64,000 nt of DNA. Origin: Mobula hypostoma. Taxonomy: Eukaryota. How positions within the stretch are numbered: position 1 is the first letter of the stretch; each line of letters opens with the position of its first letter. A program made the translations under genes and the position numbers. The notes under the pieces were generated by a model. It made no database searches. It was not told the origin of the DNA and saw nothing but the letters and a program-made list of their open reading frames with translations. The stretch covers positions 151,466,001 to 151,530,000 of the forward strand of contig NC_086101.1 in assembly GCF_963921235.1 (NCBI RefSeq), written 5' to 3'. Positions 62,814-64,000 of this stretch are shown in pieces.

Positions 62814-64000
62814 GCAAACAACAGGAATTCTGCAGATGCTGGAAATTCAAGCAACACACATCAAAGTTGCTGGTGAACGCAGCAGGCCAAGCAGCATCTG
62901 TAGGAAGAGGTGCAGTCGACGTTTCAGGCCGAGACCCTTCGTCAGGACTAACTGAAGGAAGAGTGAGTAAGGGATTTGAAAGTTGGAGGGGGAGGGGGAG
63001 ATCCAAGAGCTGGACAGGTGATAGGCAAAAGGGATACGAGAGGATCATGGGACAGGAGGTCCGGGAAGAAAGACAAGGGGGGGGGAAACCCAGAGGATGG
63101 GCAAGAGGTATATTCAGAGGAACAGAGGGAGAAAAAGGAGAGTGAGAGAAAGAATGTGTGCATAAAAATAAGTAACAGATGGGGTACGAGGGGGAGGTGG
63201 GACCTTAGCGGAAGTTAGAGAAGTCGATGTTCATGCCATCAGGTTGGAGGCTACCCAGACGGAATATAAGGTGTTGTTCCTCCAACCTGAGTGTGGCTTC
63301 ATCTTTACAGTAGAGGAGGCCGTGGATAGACATGTCAGAATGGGAATGGGATGTGGAATTAAAATGTGTGGCCACTGGGAGATCCTGCTTTCTCTGGCGG
63401 ACAGAGCGTAGATGTTCAGCAAAGCGGTCTCCCAGTCTGCGTCGGGTCTCACCAATATATAAAAGGCCACATCAGGAGCACCGGACGCAGTATATCACCC
63501 CAGTCGACTCACAGGTGAAGTGTTGCCTCACCTGGAAGGACTGTTTGGGGCCCTGAATGGTGGTAAGGGAGGAAGTGTAAGGGCATGTGTAGCATTTGTT
63601 CCGCTTACACGGATAAGTGCCAGGAGGGAGATCAATGGGGAGGGATGGGGTGGGATGAATGGACAAGGGAGTTGTGTAGGGAGCGATCCCTGCGGAATGC
63701 AGAGAGAGGGGGGGAGGGAAAGATGTGCTTAGTGGTGGGATCCCGTTGGAGGTGGCGGAAGTTACGGAGAATAATATGTTGGACCCAGAGGCTGTTGGGG
63801 TGGTAGGTGAGGACCAGGGGAACCCTATTCCTAGTGGGGTGGCAGGAGGATGGAGTGAGAGCAGATGTACGTGAAATGGGGGAGATGCGTTTAAGAGCAG
63901 AGTTGATAGTGGGGGAAGGGAAGCCCCTTTCTTTAAAAAAGGAAGACATCTCCCTCATCCTAGAATGAAAAGCCTCATCCTGAGAGCAGATGCGGCGGAG
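62814..64000 (-). mobile_element. Young PLE (Neptune-like): linker Cys motif, GIY-YIG, pLTR; continues beyond the window
   Basis: FFKERGFP, RVPLVLTYHP, TYPCKRNKCYTCP, GVIYCVRCS, MNIDFSNFR* at about 63205. Confidence 0.95.
62914..62949 (-). ncRNA. Minimal type-I hammerhead ribozyme, best-preserved copy
   Basis: Reverse complement agtc-CTGACGA-a-gggtctcggcct-GAAA-cGTC-gact: full core, stem I agtc/gact, GUC triplet. Confidence 0.8.

Overview
This is eukaryotic, repeat-dominated DNA, intronic or intergenic; I cannot support any host protein-coding gene, rRNA, tRNA or CRISPR array. The repeat mix (many CR1 LINEs, V-domain and Deu-domain SINEs, Rex1/Babar, Penelope-like elements) suggests a cartilaginous fish, probably a ray (inference). 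Nearly all ORF-track entries are TE fragments or their antisense frames. Identified elements: nested CR1s, Rex1/Babar, an RTE with a 9-bp TSD, Neptune-like Penelope-like elements (PLEs; RT plus GIY-YIG), chromovirus Gypsy remnants, a Chapaev-type transposase split by a PLE, and mariner, Tc1 and hAT MITEs. The most interesting signal is more than 15 copies of a minimal type-I hammerhead ribozyme motif (AGTC-CTGAYGA-A-GGGTCTCGGCCY-GAAA-CGTY-GACT) in the PLE 3' repeat. Several occur as stand-alone insertions of about 100-200 bp, four with 8-15 bp TSDs. Their 5' ends repeatedly fall at the ribozyme's 5' boundary and fold back into inverted copies, and two distant copies share the same inversion junction. 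This points to a ribozyme-delimited, PLE-mobilised non-autonomous element or a ribozyme-linked template switch. Boundaries are read by eye and approximate unless a TSD is quoted.
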